Assembly: GCA_041641295.1 (NCBI GenBank) | Contig: JBEPYO010000001.1 | Coordinates: 704,001-768,000, forward strand | Reading direction: 5' to 3' | DNA length: 64,000 bases | From: Nitrososphaerota archaeon | Lineage (GTDB): Archaea; Thermoproteota; Nitrososphaeria_A; Caldarchaeales; Calditenuaceae | Shown here: piece after piece, positions 1-9,860 of the stretch | Layout: the number at the start of each line of letters is the position of its first letter | How positions within the stretch are numbered: position 1 is the first letter of the stretch | Program-made: the position numbers and the translations under genes | The notes under the pieces: generated by a model | Database searches by the model: none | Seen by the model: the letters and a program-made list of their open reading frames with translations, nothing else | Told to the model about the DNA's origin: nothing

Positions 1-192
1 TCAGTTCTGGGGAGGCTGGTTCCACCGCCCGAGGTGCTGAGCCAGATGGTAGCCAACTCTAGAAGGGTTATGCGCGGATTCATAGCTGGTGTTAGTGGAT
101 GGGAGCTAGACTTGCTGATACTGGCGATGGCTCTCCTGCTGCTAACAACTGGTGCTGGCGCGCTCTCTATAGACGCTTTCCTAGGGATATAG
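1..192 (+). CDS. DoxX-family membrane protein, 3' part (truncated by window edge)
   Basis: Frame 1 is open to TAG at 190-192 and ends GWELDLLILAMALLLLTTGAGALSIDAFLGI, a typical DoxX C-terminus. Confidence 0.65.
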   Translation, partial: SVLGRLVPPPEVLSQMVANSRRVMRGFIAGVSGWELDLLILAMALLLLTTGAGALSIDAFLGI

Positions 193-270
193 CTGGATAA
201 CCGCGATAGCAATATACAGCTAGGCTAATCCCTTTACATCTCTAACACGTTTTTTACGGCCACTGCAATC

Positions 271-2208
271 CTAGCGTGACCGCTTGACTGCCTGTGCAAG
301 TGCTTCGCCCTGCTGAAGCATAATCCTCCTCTCGGCCCTCTTGATAATCTCTAGGAGCATGCGCCTGTATGTCCACCCCATGTAGCTGCACGCCTTGCGG
401 AGGTGGCCATCCCACACCCACCCCGGGTTGGGATTTGCCTCTAAAAAGTAGGGCACCCCGTCGCTGCCCAGCCTCCAGTCAAACCGCGCATAGTCCCTAC
501 ACTCCAGCCTCCTAAACAGTTGGATGGACCATTTCGTCATCATGGATTTTATGCTTGGTGGTAGGCGAGCAGGCACGGATCTCACTGCGCCATAGCTGCT
601 CGCAGGTATCCATTTTGCTTGATAGGTGCATATCCTAGGCAGGCTGGCTGGGACTCCACTGTAGTCCTCCCTCAGTATTGGGGCTACAACATAGTCGTGT
701 GGTGGGTTGCCTATGATGGAGACGGTTAAGTCCTCACCCTCGATATACTCCTCCACGAGGATAGGGCCGCTGTAGCCCCATCCTCTACGCAGGTTCTCGA
801 TGGCTGCTACAAGATCCTCCGCGCTCCTAGCTATACTCTTCTCAGTTATGCCCCAGCTATTGTCTCCGAAGTTGGGCTTGACTACGAGAGGATACCTCAG
901 GCCCTTAACGCGGAATGGAGCCTCTCCCGGCTCCAGCAATACAGACCGTGGTGTAGGTATCCCCATCTGGTGGGCCACCAGTTTCACCAAGTTCTTATCG
1001 TAACACAGTGTGAGACAGCGCTGGCCCGCACCGGTATATGATAGGCCGAGCATATCGAGTATTGCGGGTATGTGCGGCTCTTTGAATGGGTCGTTGCAGA
1101 ACCCATCGTCGCAGAGATTCAGTACTAGGTGTATTCTGTCGCGATTTTGCTCTAAGATTCTAAGCATCTCGGAGTGGTTGTCTATGAGCCTGAACTTGTA
1201 GCCTTTTATGCCATAGAGGGCAGACTTGAGCTCATTCACCGCATACTGGTCATCCTCATCGAATACTGAGCCGGGCTTCACGGGATTGGGGATGCGCGGG
1301 TCACCCAGCAGAACATACACCTCCTTGCCCCCCTCCTGCCCCCCATCTTCCTTGCCCGCTAGAGCCGTCACCATCATACGCGTAGCCATCAATCCAGGGT
1401 CGCTACTCGAGTCCTCAGAATCCATAAGCATTCTAAGGGTCACGTTGACGAATCCCACCGACTCGAGGAGATTCTTGAGTTCAGCAAAAGAGTAAAGCCT
1501 AACGGCGTAGATATTGTCGGCGCGGACCCCGCCCTCCACGTCTATTACAATCTCTCTTGTTATGATTCTTTCACCATCCAACGACATCTCCCTCTCCCTC
1601 ACCACGATAGTCCTGTCGTCCACCCATTCCCAGCTCCTCTTCTCATAACTTCGCCTTATTGCGTCGCCGGCTGCTATGTCTAAGAGCAGCCTCCCGTGAG
1701 GCCTCAGGACTCTGTGGACCTCTTTGAGCAGCTTGATGTCGTCATTCTTGTCTGTAAAGTAGCCGAAGCTGTTTCCCATTAGTAATACTGCGTCGAATGT
1801 GTTGTTTGGGTATGGTGTACTCCGCGCGTCTCCCACCCTGAATGTGGCTTTAACGCCCTGTTGTCGGGCCGCTTTCTGGGCCAGCCTGATTAGGTATTCC
1901 GATAGGTCGAGCCCCTCGACGTTTCTGAAGCCTCTTTTAGCCAGCTCTATGGAGTGCCTCCCCTGTCCACAGCATAGGTCCAGTATTTTCTCAGAGGGCT
2001 CGAGGTCTAGCATCTGGACTATGAGGTCTACCTCTCTCTTCGTGAGCCCCTCATTCATCACGATGCTTGAGTCTGTCTTTAGATAGAATTCGTTGAAGAT
2101 CTTTGACCACCACTCAGGGTCTAGCAGCTGCTCCAGCGGAGTCCCCGCACACCTGCCTCTAAATGGTCTGGATATAGGAGATGTAGGGGGATTCCCCAAC
2201 TGGCTCAC
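271..2208 (-). CDS. Class I SAM methyltransferase fused to a D-Ala-D-Ala-ligase-like ATP-grasp domain
   Basis: N-half has ILDLCCGQGRH; C-half has YDKNLVK, VVKPNFGDNSWGI, VEEYIEG, RDYARFDWR, FLEANPNPG. Confidence 0.85.
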   Translation of the reverse strand: MSQLGNPPTSPISRPFRGRCAGTPLEQLLDPEWWSKIFNEFYLKTDSSIVMNEGLTKREVDLIVQMLDLEPSEKILDLCCGQGRHSIELAKRGFRNVEGLDLSEYLIRLAQKAARQQGVKATFRVGDARSTPYPNNTFDAVLLMGNSFGYFTDKNDDIKLLKEVHRVLRPHGRLLLDIAAGDAIRRSYEKRSWEWVDDRTIVVREREMSLDGERIITREIVIDVEGGVRADNIYAVRLYSFAELKNLLESVGFVNVTLRMLMDSEDSSSDPGLMATRMMVTALAGKEDGGQEGGKEVYVLLGDPRIPNPVKPGSVFDEDDQYAVNELKSALYGIKGYKFRLIDNHSEMLRILEQNRDRIHLVLNLCDDGFCNDPFKEPHIPAILDMLGLSYTGAGQRCLTLCYDKNLVKLVAHQMGIPTPRSVLLEPGEAPFRVKGLRYPLVVKPNFGDNSWGITEKSIARSAEDLVAAIENLRRGWGYSGPILVEEYIEGEDLTVSIIGNPPHDYVVAPILREDYSGVPASLPRICTYQAKWIPASSYGAVRSVPARLPPSIKSMMTKWSIQLFRRLECRDYARFDWRLGSDGVPYFLEANPNPGWVWDGHLRKACSYMGWTYRRMLLEIIKRAERRIMLQQGEALAQAVKRSR

Positions 2209-2302
2209 CAGCTACCATAGCCACACCAGCTTTCACGCTCACCACCAAATGGGATGTATTAAGGTTCATTGAATTATTGCAACTTAAACTGAAATATACT
2301 TA

Positions 2303-2749
2303 TTAAGACCCGTCCATTTTCTTTAGCTTCTCAATATTCGACCTCTCGCTTTCATCGATCCTCTCTACTGCAAGCCAAGCGTCTATTATCTCCCGCGCAA
2401 CCTCAGGGGTTGTTAGCCTCCCACTCAGTGCGAGGACATTGGCGTCGTTCCAGAGGCGGGCCCCTCTCGCGGTTTGGGCGTCGAAGCAGAGGGCAGCCCG
2501 CACACCCTTGACCTTGTTCGCTGCGATAGAGACGCCTGTACCGGTGTAGCACACTATTATTCCGAAATCCACTTTACCTTCCGCAACCAGTCGCCCAACC
2601 TCGAAGCCAACTTCGGGCCATGGTTCAACCTTCCCGCTCTTCAGGGAGCCCACCTCGACCACCTCAAACCCCTTCTCTGCAAGATACTTAGCCGCCTCTA
2701 CAGCCGCGGCATATCGGTCATCAGAGCCGACAGCCACTCGCTTCCGCAC
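2303..2749 (-). CDS. rpiB: RpiB/LacA/LacB-family sugar-phosphate isomerase
   Basis: VAVGSD, CYTGTGVSIAANKVKGVRAA, NDANVLAL motifs; start moved to in-frame GTG at 2749, which has TTTAAA at 2775-2780. Confidence 0.8.
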   Translation of the reverse strand: MRKRVAVGSDDRYAAAVEAAKYLAEKGFEVVEVGSLKSGKVEPWPEVGFEVGRLVAEGKVDFGIIVCYTGTGVSIAANKVKGVRAALCFDAQTARGARLWNDANVLALSGRLTTPEVAREIIDAWLAVERIDESERSNIEKLKKMDGS

Positions 2750-2841
2750 AGATACTCTATCTCCCCTCCTAGGCTTTAAAGGATTTAGCCCGGCAAACCC
2801 CGACATAGACTAGTCCGTCATCGAGTGGCAGGGAGGGGTGG

Positions 2842-3393
2842 ATGCCTCTTCTGCGGATCGAGCCGCACAGGTTTAGGCACTACAAGGCGGAGCTGGTCGA
2901 GGCTTTTACAAGACATGTAGGCAGAGTTCTGGAGATCGGGTGCGGGCTACGGCTGTATGAGAGCTACTGTAGGGGTCTTGAGTATGTTGGGGTGGATGTA
3001 GACGCGTCGGTAAGGCCGAATATTCTCGCCGACGCCGTGAAGCTGCCATTCCGCGACTCTTGTTTCGAAATAATCATTATGCTGGATTCCCTCGAGCATG
3101 TGGCAGATGCGGATGCCGCCGTGAGGGAGTGTGTACGGGTCCTCAAGGACGGTGGCAGGCTACTAATCACGACACCCAACACCCGCGGGTTTGGGTTTTA
3201 CGACAGCTTCGCCGACAGGACACACATACACCACTTCAACTGGTCTAGCCTAGAAAAGGTGCTTAGGAGAAATGGGCTTAAGGTGGAGAAACGGGTACCA
3301 CTCCACCTACACATATACTGGCCCCTACGTCTCCTACGCTCCCGGCTACTAGTCCCACTGCAACAGTCAATCTGCGTGGTGGCTAGGAGATGA
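2842..3393 (+). CDS. Class I SAM-dependent methyltransferase (type 11)
   Basis: VLEIGCG, LPFRD, SLEHV, RVLKDGG motifs. Confidence 0.85.
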   Translation: MPLLRIEPHRFRHYKAELVEAFTRHVGRVLEIGCGLRLYESYCRGLEYVGVDVDASVRPNILADAVKLPFRDSCFEIIIMLDSLEHVADADAAVRECVRVLKDGGRLLITTPNTRGFGFYDSFADRTHIHHFNWSSLEKVLRRNGLKVEKRVPLHLHIYWPLRLLRSRLLVPLQQSICVVARR

Positions 3394-4415
3394 GTAGGAT
3401 TAGACAGCTCCTCAAGAGATCCCTAGCCGGCCTCATAGTCAGCATAGGCATAACACTCCTCATAGCCACGCTGTTCAATATACCGCTGGCCACACTACTC
3501 TCTATCCCGCCCTCCCTTCTACTTCTGTCCTTGGGCCTGTGCCTAGCGAGGCTATTGGCACAGGGGGTCAGATTCCATCTCCTAGTGCAGCACCTCTCAG
3601 CCACGCCTATGAGTATGGGTGAGGCGTTTATGATTAGGAGCGTGAGCGAGTTCTTCGCACTCACAACCATCCCCTTCATAGCAGACGAGGCGGTCAGGGC
3701 CTGGATACTGATCGAGAAGGGAGAGAACCCTGTCGTAGCCATCTGGATAGCATTCATCGAGCTAATCCTAGACGTGCTAGTATCAGCCCCGATAGCCCTC
3801 CTAGCAGGTGCAGCTGCCTTGTCCCGCGGCGCGATAAGCGTGGCACTGATGCTGATCATCATACCTGCTCTACAGCTCATACTGGTCACCACCCTCCTCA
3901 AGCAGTCTAGGCATCAGGGGTTAGAAAGCCTCCGCAGACTGACGAGCCGACTAGAGGGACGGCTACCAGTATTTAGAAGAGTGTTAAACACGCTTAAACA
4001 GCCGGGCCCGAACCAAGCGAGCCTTCTCAAGACGCTGAGTTTTAGCCGGATCAAAACCATCTCCGCAGGCCTCCTAGCCGCTACGGTGGCCGTGATGCTT
4101 ATACCAGCCATCACGCTCTATGCAGTCTTCTCAAGCTATACGGCAATAGGCTTCATAGAGGCAATTTTTGCTTTCCACGCAGGGAATACGCTGGGCGTCC
4201 TTCCGGTAACTGTTGGGGGTGCAGGCCTGACTGAGGCAGGAGTTTACCTCTTCTCCAGCAGAGTCTTGGGGGTTTACTCGTGGATTGCAGTAGTTCTATG
4301 GCGGATACTCACATATTACTTGACGCTAATAGTGAGTGGCGCGATTCTTATCTACTATGTGTTGAAGAGGCTGAGAGAGGGTATTAAAAGCTCTCGAGAT
4401 GCGAAGAGTGTTTGA
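3390..4415 (+). CDS. Lysylphosphatidylglycerol-synthase-TM (UPF0104) flippase-like membrane protein
   Basis: Multi-TM protein with PVTVGGAGLTEAG and LWRILTYY motifs; ATGA overlap with the upstream gene. Confidence 0.75.
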   Translation: MSRIRQLLKRSLAGLIVSIGITLLIATLFNIPLATLLSIPPSLLLLSLGLCLARLLAQGVRFHLLVQHLSATPMSMGEAFMIRSVSEFFALTTIPFIADEAVRAWILIEKGENPVVAIWIAFIELILDVLVSAPIALLAGAAALSRGAISVALMLIIIPALQLILVTTLLKQSRHQGLESLRRLTSRLEGRLPVFRRVLNTLKQPGPNQASLLKTLSFSRIKTISAGLLAATVAVMLIPAITLYAVFSSYTAIGFIEAIFAFHAGNTLGVLPVTVGGAGLTEAGVYLFSSRVLGVYSWIAVVLWRILTYYLTLIVSGAILIYYVLKRLREGIKSSRDAKSV

Positions 4416-4448
4416 AGACCCTCTCTATTAGAGTGTCGAGCCGCAGCC

Positions 4449-5024
4449 TCAGAGGTATCTGGCCTTCAGGGAGTTTACAACCGTGTCCAGCCGCCTAGCC
4501 CTTGTCTCTAGAGGCCTAGCTGGAGTAGAAGCTGGTGCACTAAGCCGCGGAGTATATTTGTAGAGCCTATGCAGTTTTCCGTCACTGCTCGACCAAGCCT
4601 CCAAAACCTCGACAGGTCTCCAACCTAGGATAGGATAGTTATGCGTCACGATTACTGCGTCCTTTGGCGCAGTTAATAGCACGTGCTCAATCTCCTTTAA
4701 CGCTCTGCTTGTAAGATAGGCTACAATGTGTGTGACCCCCTCCAAGCTGACCGTCCTCACGTCGGTGTTTAGGAAGGCTACATTCTCTAGTCCAAGCGCC
4801 CTAGCCCTTCTGTTAGCTATCTCTACGAGCTGGGGGTTGAGTTCAATACCCATCGAGAGAGAGCCGCATCTCTTGGCCGCCTCGATGACGAGCCTTCCAT
4901 CTCCTGATCCTAGGTCAACGATTATAGAGTCTTCGCCGGGTCCCGCGAAGTCGATGATCTTGCCGACCATGTCCCAGCCTGTTGGGACGAAGGGGTCTAG
5001 CCTTGGATGCCGCCTATTAAGCAT
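4449..5024 (-). CDS. SAM-dependent methyltransferase (protein-lysine MTase-like)
   Basis: PFVPT, VDLGSGDGR, GIELNP motifs. Confidence 0.75.
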   Translation of the reverse strand: MLNRRHPRLDPFVPTGWDMVGKIIDFAGPGEDSIIVDLGSGDGRLVIEAAKRCGSLSMGIELNPQLVEIANRRARALGLENVAFLNTDVRTVSLEGVTHIVAYLTSRALKEIEHVLLTAPKDAVIVTHNYPILGWRPVEVLEAWSSSDGKLHRLYKYTPRLSAPASTPARPLETRARRLDTVVNSLKARYL

Positions 5025-5123
5025 CCATCTATTGGAGAGCCGCCTCTCCTCTTATCCTTATCCCCCTCAAAACGCACTCCTCTCACCTGATAAATAGTCC
5101 CTGTCAATCTATTACTTGACGGA

Positions 5124-6971
5124 TTGGGCAGGGAGAAGATAGTCCCGGACACTAGTGTGCTGATTAACCGGATCCTCTCCTCCATGTTGGAGCGCGGAGA
5201 ACTGAGGGATGCTGAGATTGTTATTCCGATGGCCGCGCTTGATGAGCTTCAGGCGCAGGCTTCGAGGGGGAGGGCTGAAGGGTTTGTCGGGATTAATGAG
5301 GTGAAGCGGATTAGGGAGCTTGCCGCGGCTCATGGGGTTGAGGTTAGGTTTGCAGGTGAGAGGCCGAGCCTCGAGGATATCCGGTTAGCGCGGGGTGGGA
5401 GGATAGACGCTCTTATCCGGGATGTAGCCCGTATGGAGGGCGGAACTCTCTACACCTCAGACTATGTACAGTATCTTGTGGCGGAGGCTGAGGGTGTAGC
5501 GGCTAGACATTTTAAAGTTACGGAGCCGAGGAGGGAGCCTCCCTTCCAGCAATACTTTACGGAAGACACTATGAGCCTCCACCTGAAGGTTGGTGCGCCG
5601 CCAATGGCGAAGAGGGGTAGGCCCGGGAACTTCACACTCGTCAAACTCAGAGAAGAGCCCTTCACCCGCGAAGAGGCGGAAGCCATGATAAACGATATCA
5701 TGTGGCTGGTACAGCACAGCGAAGACTCATCAATAGAGATCTCCCGGAGTGGGGCATCAGTCATCCAGATGGGCCAGTACCGCATCTCAATGACTAGGCC
5801 TCCGTTCAGCGACGATATCGAGATAACTGTTGTCAGACCAATAACCAAGCTCACAATATACGACTACAACCTGTCGGAGAAGCTTTTCCAACGCTTGTCC
5901 ACCAAGGCGGAGGGAATACTCATAGCCGGGCCTCCCGGCTCGGGCAAGACAACTTTCGCCTCAAGCCTCGCCGAGTACTACTGGAGCCTCGGAAAGATTG
6001 TCAAGACATTTGAGTCGCCGCGAGACCTTCAGGTCGGCCCGGAGATAACACAGTTCGGACCGCTGGAGGGCGACTTCGAGAAGAGCGCCGAGATCCTCCT
6101 CCTAATCAGGCCTGACTTCACCATATTCGACGAGATGAGGAAGCAGAGGGACTTCCAAGTCTACGTCGACATGAGGCTTGCCGGTGTGGGGATGGTCGGC
6201 GTAATACATGCGAGCGACCCCATAGACGCGATTCAGCGCTTCATCTCCAAGGTAGACCTAGGACTCCTCCCCTACATAGTCGACACAGTCATCTTCATCA
6301 GGAATGGCCGGGTTGAAAGGGTCTACGAGCTAAGGCAAACCGTTCGTGTTCCAACGGGCATGTCTGACAGAGACTTGGCGAGACCAATAGTCGAGGTAGT
6401 CGACCTAGAAACCTCGAGGCTTGAGTATGAAATCTACGTCTTCGGAGAGCAGGTTACAGTGGTTAAGCTGGCAGACCGAGAAGTAAAGACAGTTGACGTT
6501 GACAGAGCTGTGAACATGGTTTCAAGGGCCTTGGGACGCCTCCTCAGAGATTTTCAAGTCTCCCTAGAAGATGGAAAGGTTGTGGTCAGGTGCGAGCGGG
6601 AGGACTTGGCGAGGCTCCTCAAATACCATGCCAAGAGCATTAGGAGGCTTGAAAAGAGGCTTGGGGTCGAGATCGAACTGGTCCCTAAGCTCCTGACCAT
6701 GGGGGAGGAGATAGAGTGTACTGTGAGCGAGGGTGGCGCCTCGGTTGAGCTCAGGCTACCGGAGGAGAGGGAGGGTGAGAGGGTCGCGGTATATGTTGGG
6801 GACAAGTTCGTAACTCTGGCTACAGTCGGTAAGGGAGGGAGAATCAGGCTCTCAAAGAAGGGAGACGCAGGAGCGGAGATCATGAAGAATCTCATGAAGG
6901 GGGAGAGAGTACGTGTATTCAGCATAAGCGGTAGGGAGAGACCGAACGCGTCTAAATTGCAGAAAAGCTAG
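5124..6971 (+). CDS. PIN-domain P-loop ATPase with KH-like C-terminus (PINA-like)
   Basis: N-terminal VPDTSVLI PIN motif, Walker A GPPGSGKTT, ESPRDL, FDEMR. Confidence 0.9.
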   Translation: MGREKIVPDTSVLINRILSSMLERGELRDAEIVIPMAALDELQAQASRGRAEGFVGINEVKRIRELAAAHGVEVRFAGERPSLEDIRLARGGRIDALIRDVARMEGGTLYTSDYVQYLVAEAEGVAARHFKVTEPRREPPFQQYFTEDTMSLHLKVGAPPMAKRGRPGNFTLVKLREEPFTREEAEAMINDIMWLVQHSEDSSIEISRSGASVIQMGQYRISMTRPPFSDDIEITVVRPITKLTIYDYNLSEKLFQRLSTKAEGILIAGPPGSGKTTFASSLAEYYWSLGKIVKTFESPRDLQVGPEITQFGPLEGDFEKSAEILLLIRPDFTIFDEMRKQRDFQVYVDMRLAGVGMVGVIHASDPIDAIQRFISKVDLGLLPYIVDTVIFIRNGRVERVYELRQTVRVPTGMSDRDLARPIVEVVDLETSRLEYEIYVFGEQVTVVKLADREVKTVDVDRAVNMVSRALGRLLRDFQVSLEDGKVVVRCEREDLARLLKYHAKSIRRLEKRLGVEIELVPKLLTMGEEIECTVSEGGASVELRLPEEREGERVAVYVGDKFVTLATVGKGGRIRLSKKGDAGAEIMKNLMKGERVRVFSISGRERPNASKLQKS

Positions 6972-6989
6972 ATGAGACGGCTTTGAGAG

Positions 6990-7322
6990 ATGCGGAGGCT
7001 GGGTGCTGGCTCGGGTATGGCGCCAGTTGAGGGGGGCCGTCCACGTGGAGGGAAAGAATACAGGTCTCGGCTTAGAATCTACGTAGATATCTTAGAGTCT
7101 GTCTCCAATGAGGGCGCAGCCCGAGTAACCACTATCATGAGGGATGCGAATCTACCGTATGACAGGCTTGTTAAGTATTTGGACGAACTTGTGAGCCGCG
7201 GCCTCCTCGAGAGACGGGATGGTGGCCAACCCGTCTATACCCTAACGGCGAGCGGGGCCAAGTTTATAGAAGAGTTTAGGCGTTTCGAGGCCCTTGCCCG
7301 AGCCTTTGGGATAAAACCATAA
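6990..7322 (+). CDS. Winged-helix DNA-binding protein
   Basis: YRSRLRIYVDIL...ANLPYDRLVKYLDELVSRGLL...YTLTASG; true start may be slightly downstream. Confidence 0.8.
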   Translation: MRRLGAGSGMAPVEGGRPRGGKEYRSRLRIYVDILESVSNEGAARVTTIMRDANLPYDRLVKYLDELVSRGLLERRDGGQPVYTLTASGAKFIEEFRRFEALARAFGIKP

Positions 7323-7402
7323 TTCCTTCACTGGGCTGCTATGGAAATTTTTTCTGGTATAGGCTTAAATCCGCGCCAACTGTACGAGTTGGTGGGTTAG
7401 TT

Positions 7403-8395
7403 TTGCCCTCATCGATAAGTGGGGGTCGAGGTGGTGAATCCCCGCTGGGACTCAAAAACACTCTCGCCGGCCGGGACATTATTAGCTGCAGAGACCTAAG
7501 CCGCGAGGATGCAGAGCTAGTCTTCAGCCTAGCGGAGGAAGTCAATTCGGGCACCATTCATTTAGAAGATACGCTCGCCGGTAAGAAAGTTGCGTTAATC
7601 TTTGTCGAGCCTTCAACAAGGACTTTCCAGAGCTTCTACGTGGCTGCGAGGTCGCTCGGCGCAGAGGTCCTCTCGATACACGACCCCGCGGTATCCTCTA
7701 TTGCGAAGGGAGAGACACTCTATGATACTGTGAAGATGATTGAGGGTTATGGGGCGGACTGTATCGTTTTGAGACATCCTGCACGCGGGTCGGCAAGGTT
7801 TGCGGCGGAGGCAGCCGCCGTGCCTGTCATCAACGCGGGCAGCGGTAGCCAAGAGCACCCAACACAGGCCCTACTTGATGTATTCACAATCAAGTCTAGG
7901 CTTGGCCAGGTCGACGGGGTCAAGATAGGCATGTTGGGAGATCTCAGATACTCGAGGACCATCCCCTCGCTCTGCTATCTCCTAGCAAAATATAACGGGG
8001 TCAAGATATTCTTCATGGCACCACCTCTTCTCCAAGTCAGAAGAGAGGTAGAACTCTACCTCGCCGAGAAGGGTGTGACTTATAGGAAGGCCGTAGAGGC
8101 TGATGAGATTAAAGAAATGATGCCTGAGCTGGATGTCTTGTATGTGACACGCATCCAGAAGGAGAGGTTTCCCGACCCGACAGAGTATGAGCGTGTGAGG
8201 GGGTCATACGTCGTCGACGCCAAACTCCTAGCTTATGGCAGGAGGGATTTGGGGGTCATGCATCCGCTCCCTAGGGTTGATGAGCTATCCCCTGAAGTGG
8301 ATAAGCTCCCCAACGCGTGGTATTTCGAGCAGGCTAGGAATGGCCTTCCTATTAGGAAGGCACTCCTACACCTGGTGCTCGGTGGGGCGGGATGA
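7403..8395 (+). CDS. pyrB: Aspartate carbamoyltransferase catalytic subunit
   Basis: EPSTRT, HPTQALLD, RIQKER, HPLP motifs. Confidence 0.97.
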   Translation: MPSSISGGRGGESPLGLKNTLAGRDIISCRDLSREDAELVFSLAEEVNSGTIHLEDTLAGKKVALIFVEPSTRTFQSFYVAARSLGAEVLSIHDPAVSSIAKGETLYDTVKMIEGYGADCIVLRHPARGSARFAAEAAAVPVINAGSGSQEHPTQALLDVFTIKSRLGQVDGVKIGMLGDLRYSRTIPSLCYLLAKYNGVKIFFMAPPLLQVRREVELYLAEKGVTYRKAVEADEIKEMMPELDVLYVTRIQKERFPDPTEYERVRGSYVVDAKLLAYGRRDLGVMHPLPRVDELSPEVDKLPNAWYFEQARNGLPIRKALLHLVLGGAG

Positions 8396-8868
8396 GCGGC
8401 GAGTCGCTCCTAGTGAGAAAGATTGACTGGGGCACCGTACTCGACCACATACCGGCCTGGAAGGCAGACCAAGTGATAAAACTCCTGAACTTAGAGTCTC
8501 TTAAACAAAACCCCGACGTCTCAGTCATAGTGCTCCACAACGTCCCAAGCAAAAAGCTAGGCAGGAAAGACATTGTGAAGCTATACCACTATATGGTCAG
8601 TGAGGATGAGGCCGAGATACTCGCACTAGTCCTCCCCCAGATAACTATCAACTACATCAGGGACTGGAAGGTCGAGAAGCATAGTCCAGGTCTGCCTGAG
8701 AAGATTGTGGGGAAGATACGCTGTCCTGAGACTACTTGCATTACAAACGTGGAGAGGGAGCCTGCGACTCCACGCTACATTGTTATGAAGGAGCATGGCG
8801 TTATAGCCTGCGAGTACTGCGACACCCTGCTAGAGATAGAGCGGATTCCAGATTTTCTGGTCGGCTAG
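8392..8868 (+). CDS. pyrI: Aspartate carbamoyltransferase regulatory subunit
   Basis: GTVLDHIPA, GRKDIVK, Zn ligands CPETTC...CEYC; coupled to pyrB. Confidence 0.93.
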   Translation: MSGESLLVRKIDWGTVLDHIPAWKADQVIKLLNLESLKQNPDVSVIVLHNVPSKKLGRKDIVKLYHYMVSEDEAEILALVLPQITINYIRDWKVEKHSPGLPEKIVGKIRCPETTCITNVEREPATPRYIVMKEHGVIACEYCDTLLEIERIPDFLVG

Positions 8869-8878
8869 TGAGTCCCGT

Positions 8879-9850
8879 TTGGCCCCGGAATGGAGATGTA
8901 TTGATCCACACGTGCATTGCAGGGATTGGAAGGAGGCCTACAAGTCGACAATCGGGGAGGTCGCTGAACTTGCTAGGAGTCAGGGAGTGGTAGCTATCCT
9001 CGACATGCCGAATACTGACCCACCGATCACTAGCTTGGAGCTTGCGGAGAGGCGGCTAGAGACCGCGAGGCGAGAGGGCGTAGAGAGGGGCTACTACCTA
9101 TACCTAGCGGCCACTCCGGATGAAGGACAGCTCGAGAGGGCCGTGGATGCAGCCAAGAAGCTGAGACGGGTGGCCGGGTTCAAAATGTATACAGCACCGA
9201 TGAAGGGCTTGGAGGCCAAGGAGCTAGAGAGTCAACGCCTCGTCTACCGAAAGCTGAGCGAGCTGGGCTACAGGGGCGTTATAGCGGTTCACTGTGAGAA
9301 GGTGAGTCTCTTTCGCGAAGACCTGTGGGACCCAAAACAGCCTTGGACATGGAATCTCTGTAGACCCCCGGAGGCGGAGGCCGAGTCTGTCAAGGACCAG
9401 ATATCGCTCGCAATTGAGACAGGTTTCTCCGGGACTCTCTACCTAGTCCACATAAGCAACCCAGTGTCCCTAGACCACATAAACAGGGGGAGGGAGCAGG
9501 GCCTCCGCGTAGTCTGTGGAGTAACGCCTCACCACCTCATGCTGAGCGTCGAGGATATGGCCGGGCCTGGCGGCGTAGCACTTAAGGTGAATCCGCCGCT
9601 TAGGGAGAAGAGGCTTGCTAAGGAGCTTCTCGAACGGGTCAAGAACGGTGAGGTTGACTTCCTCGAGACGGACCACGCACCGCACGCGCCGTGGGAGAAG
9701 TATGGGCCGCCATACCTATCAGGGATAAGAAGCCTCGAGAGCTACTCGAAGTGTGTCAGATGGCTCATGGAGAATCATATACCCGAGAAGACTCTCAGAG
9801 AGATGACCTACGATAATGCAAAGCGGGTATTCCCGATGATTGAGGAATGA
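8879..9850 (+). CDS. pyrC: Dihydroorotase
   Basis: DPHVHCR, DMPNT, KVNPPLR, TDHAPH; follows pyrBI. Confidence 0.9.
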   Translation: MAPEWRCIDPHVHCRDWKEAYKSTIGEVAELARSQGVVAILDMPNTDPPITSLELAERRLETARREGVERGYYLYLAATPDEGQLERAVDAAKKLRRVAGFKMYTAPMKGLEAKELESQRLVYRKLSELGYRGVIAVHCEKVSLFREDLWDPKQPWTWNLCRPPEAEAESVKDQISLAIETGFSGTLYLVHISNPVSLDHINRGREQGLRVVCGVTPHHLMLSVEDMAGPGGVALKVNPPLREKRLAKELLERVKNGEVDFLETDHAPHAPWEKYGPPYLSGIRSLESYSKCVRWLMENHIPEKTLREMTYDNAKRVFPMIEE

Positions 9851-9860
9851 GATATCGCGT

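Noticed and set aside
7375-7392. Hairpin CCAACT-GTACGA-GTTGG before pyrB as an attenuator
   Set aside because: Short stem with no U-tract or PyrR-binding motif; insufficient evidence
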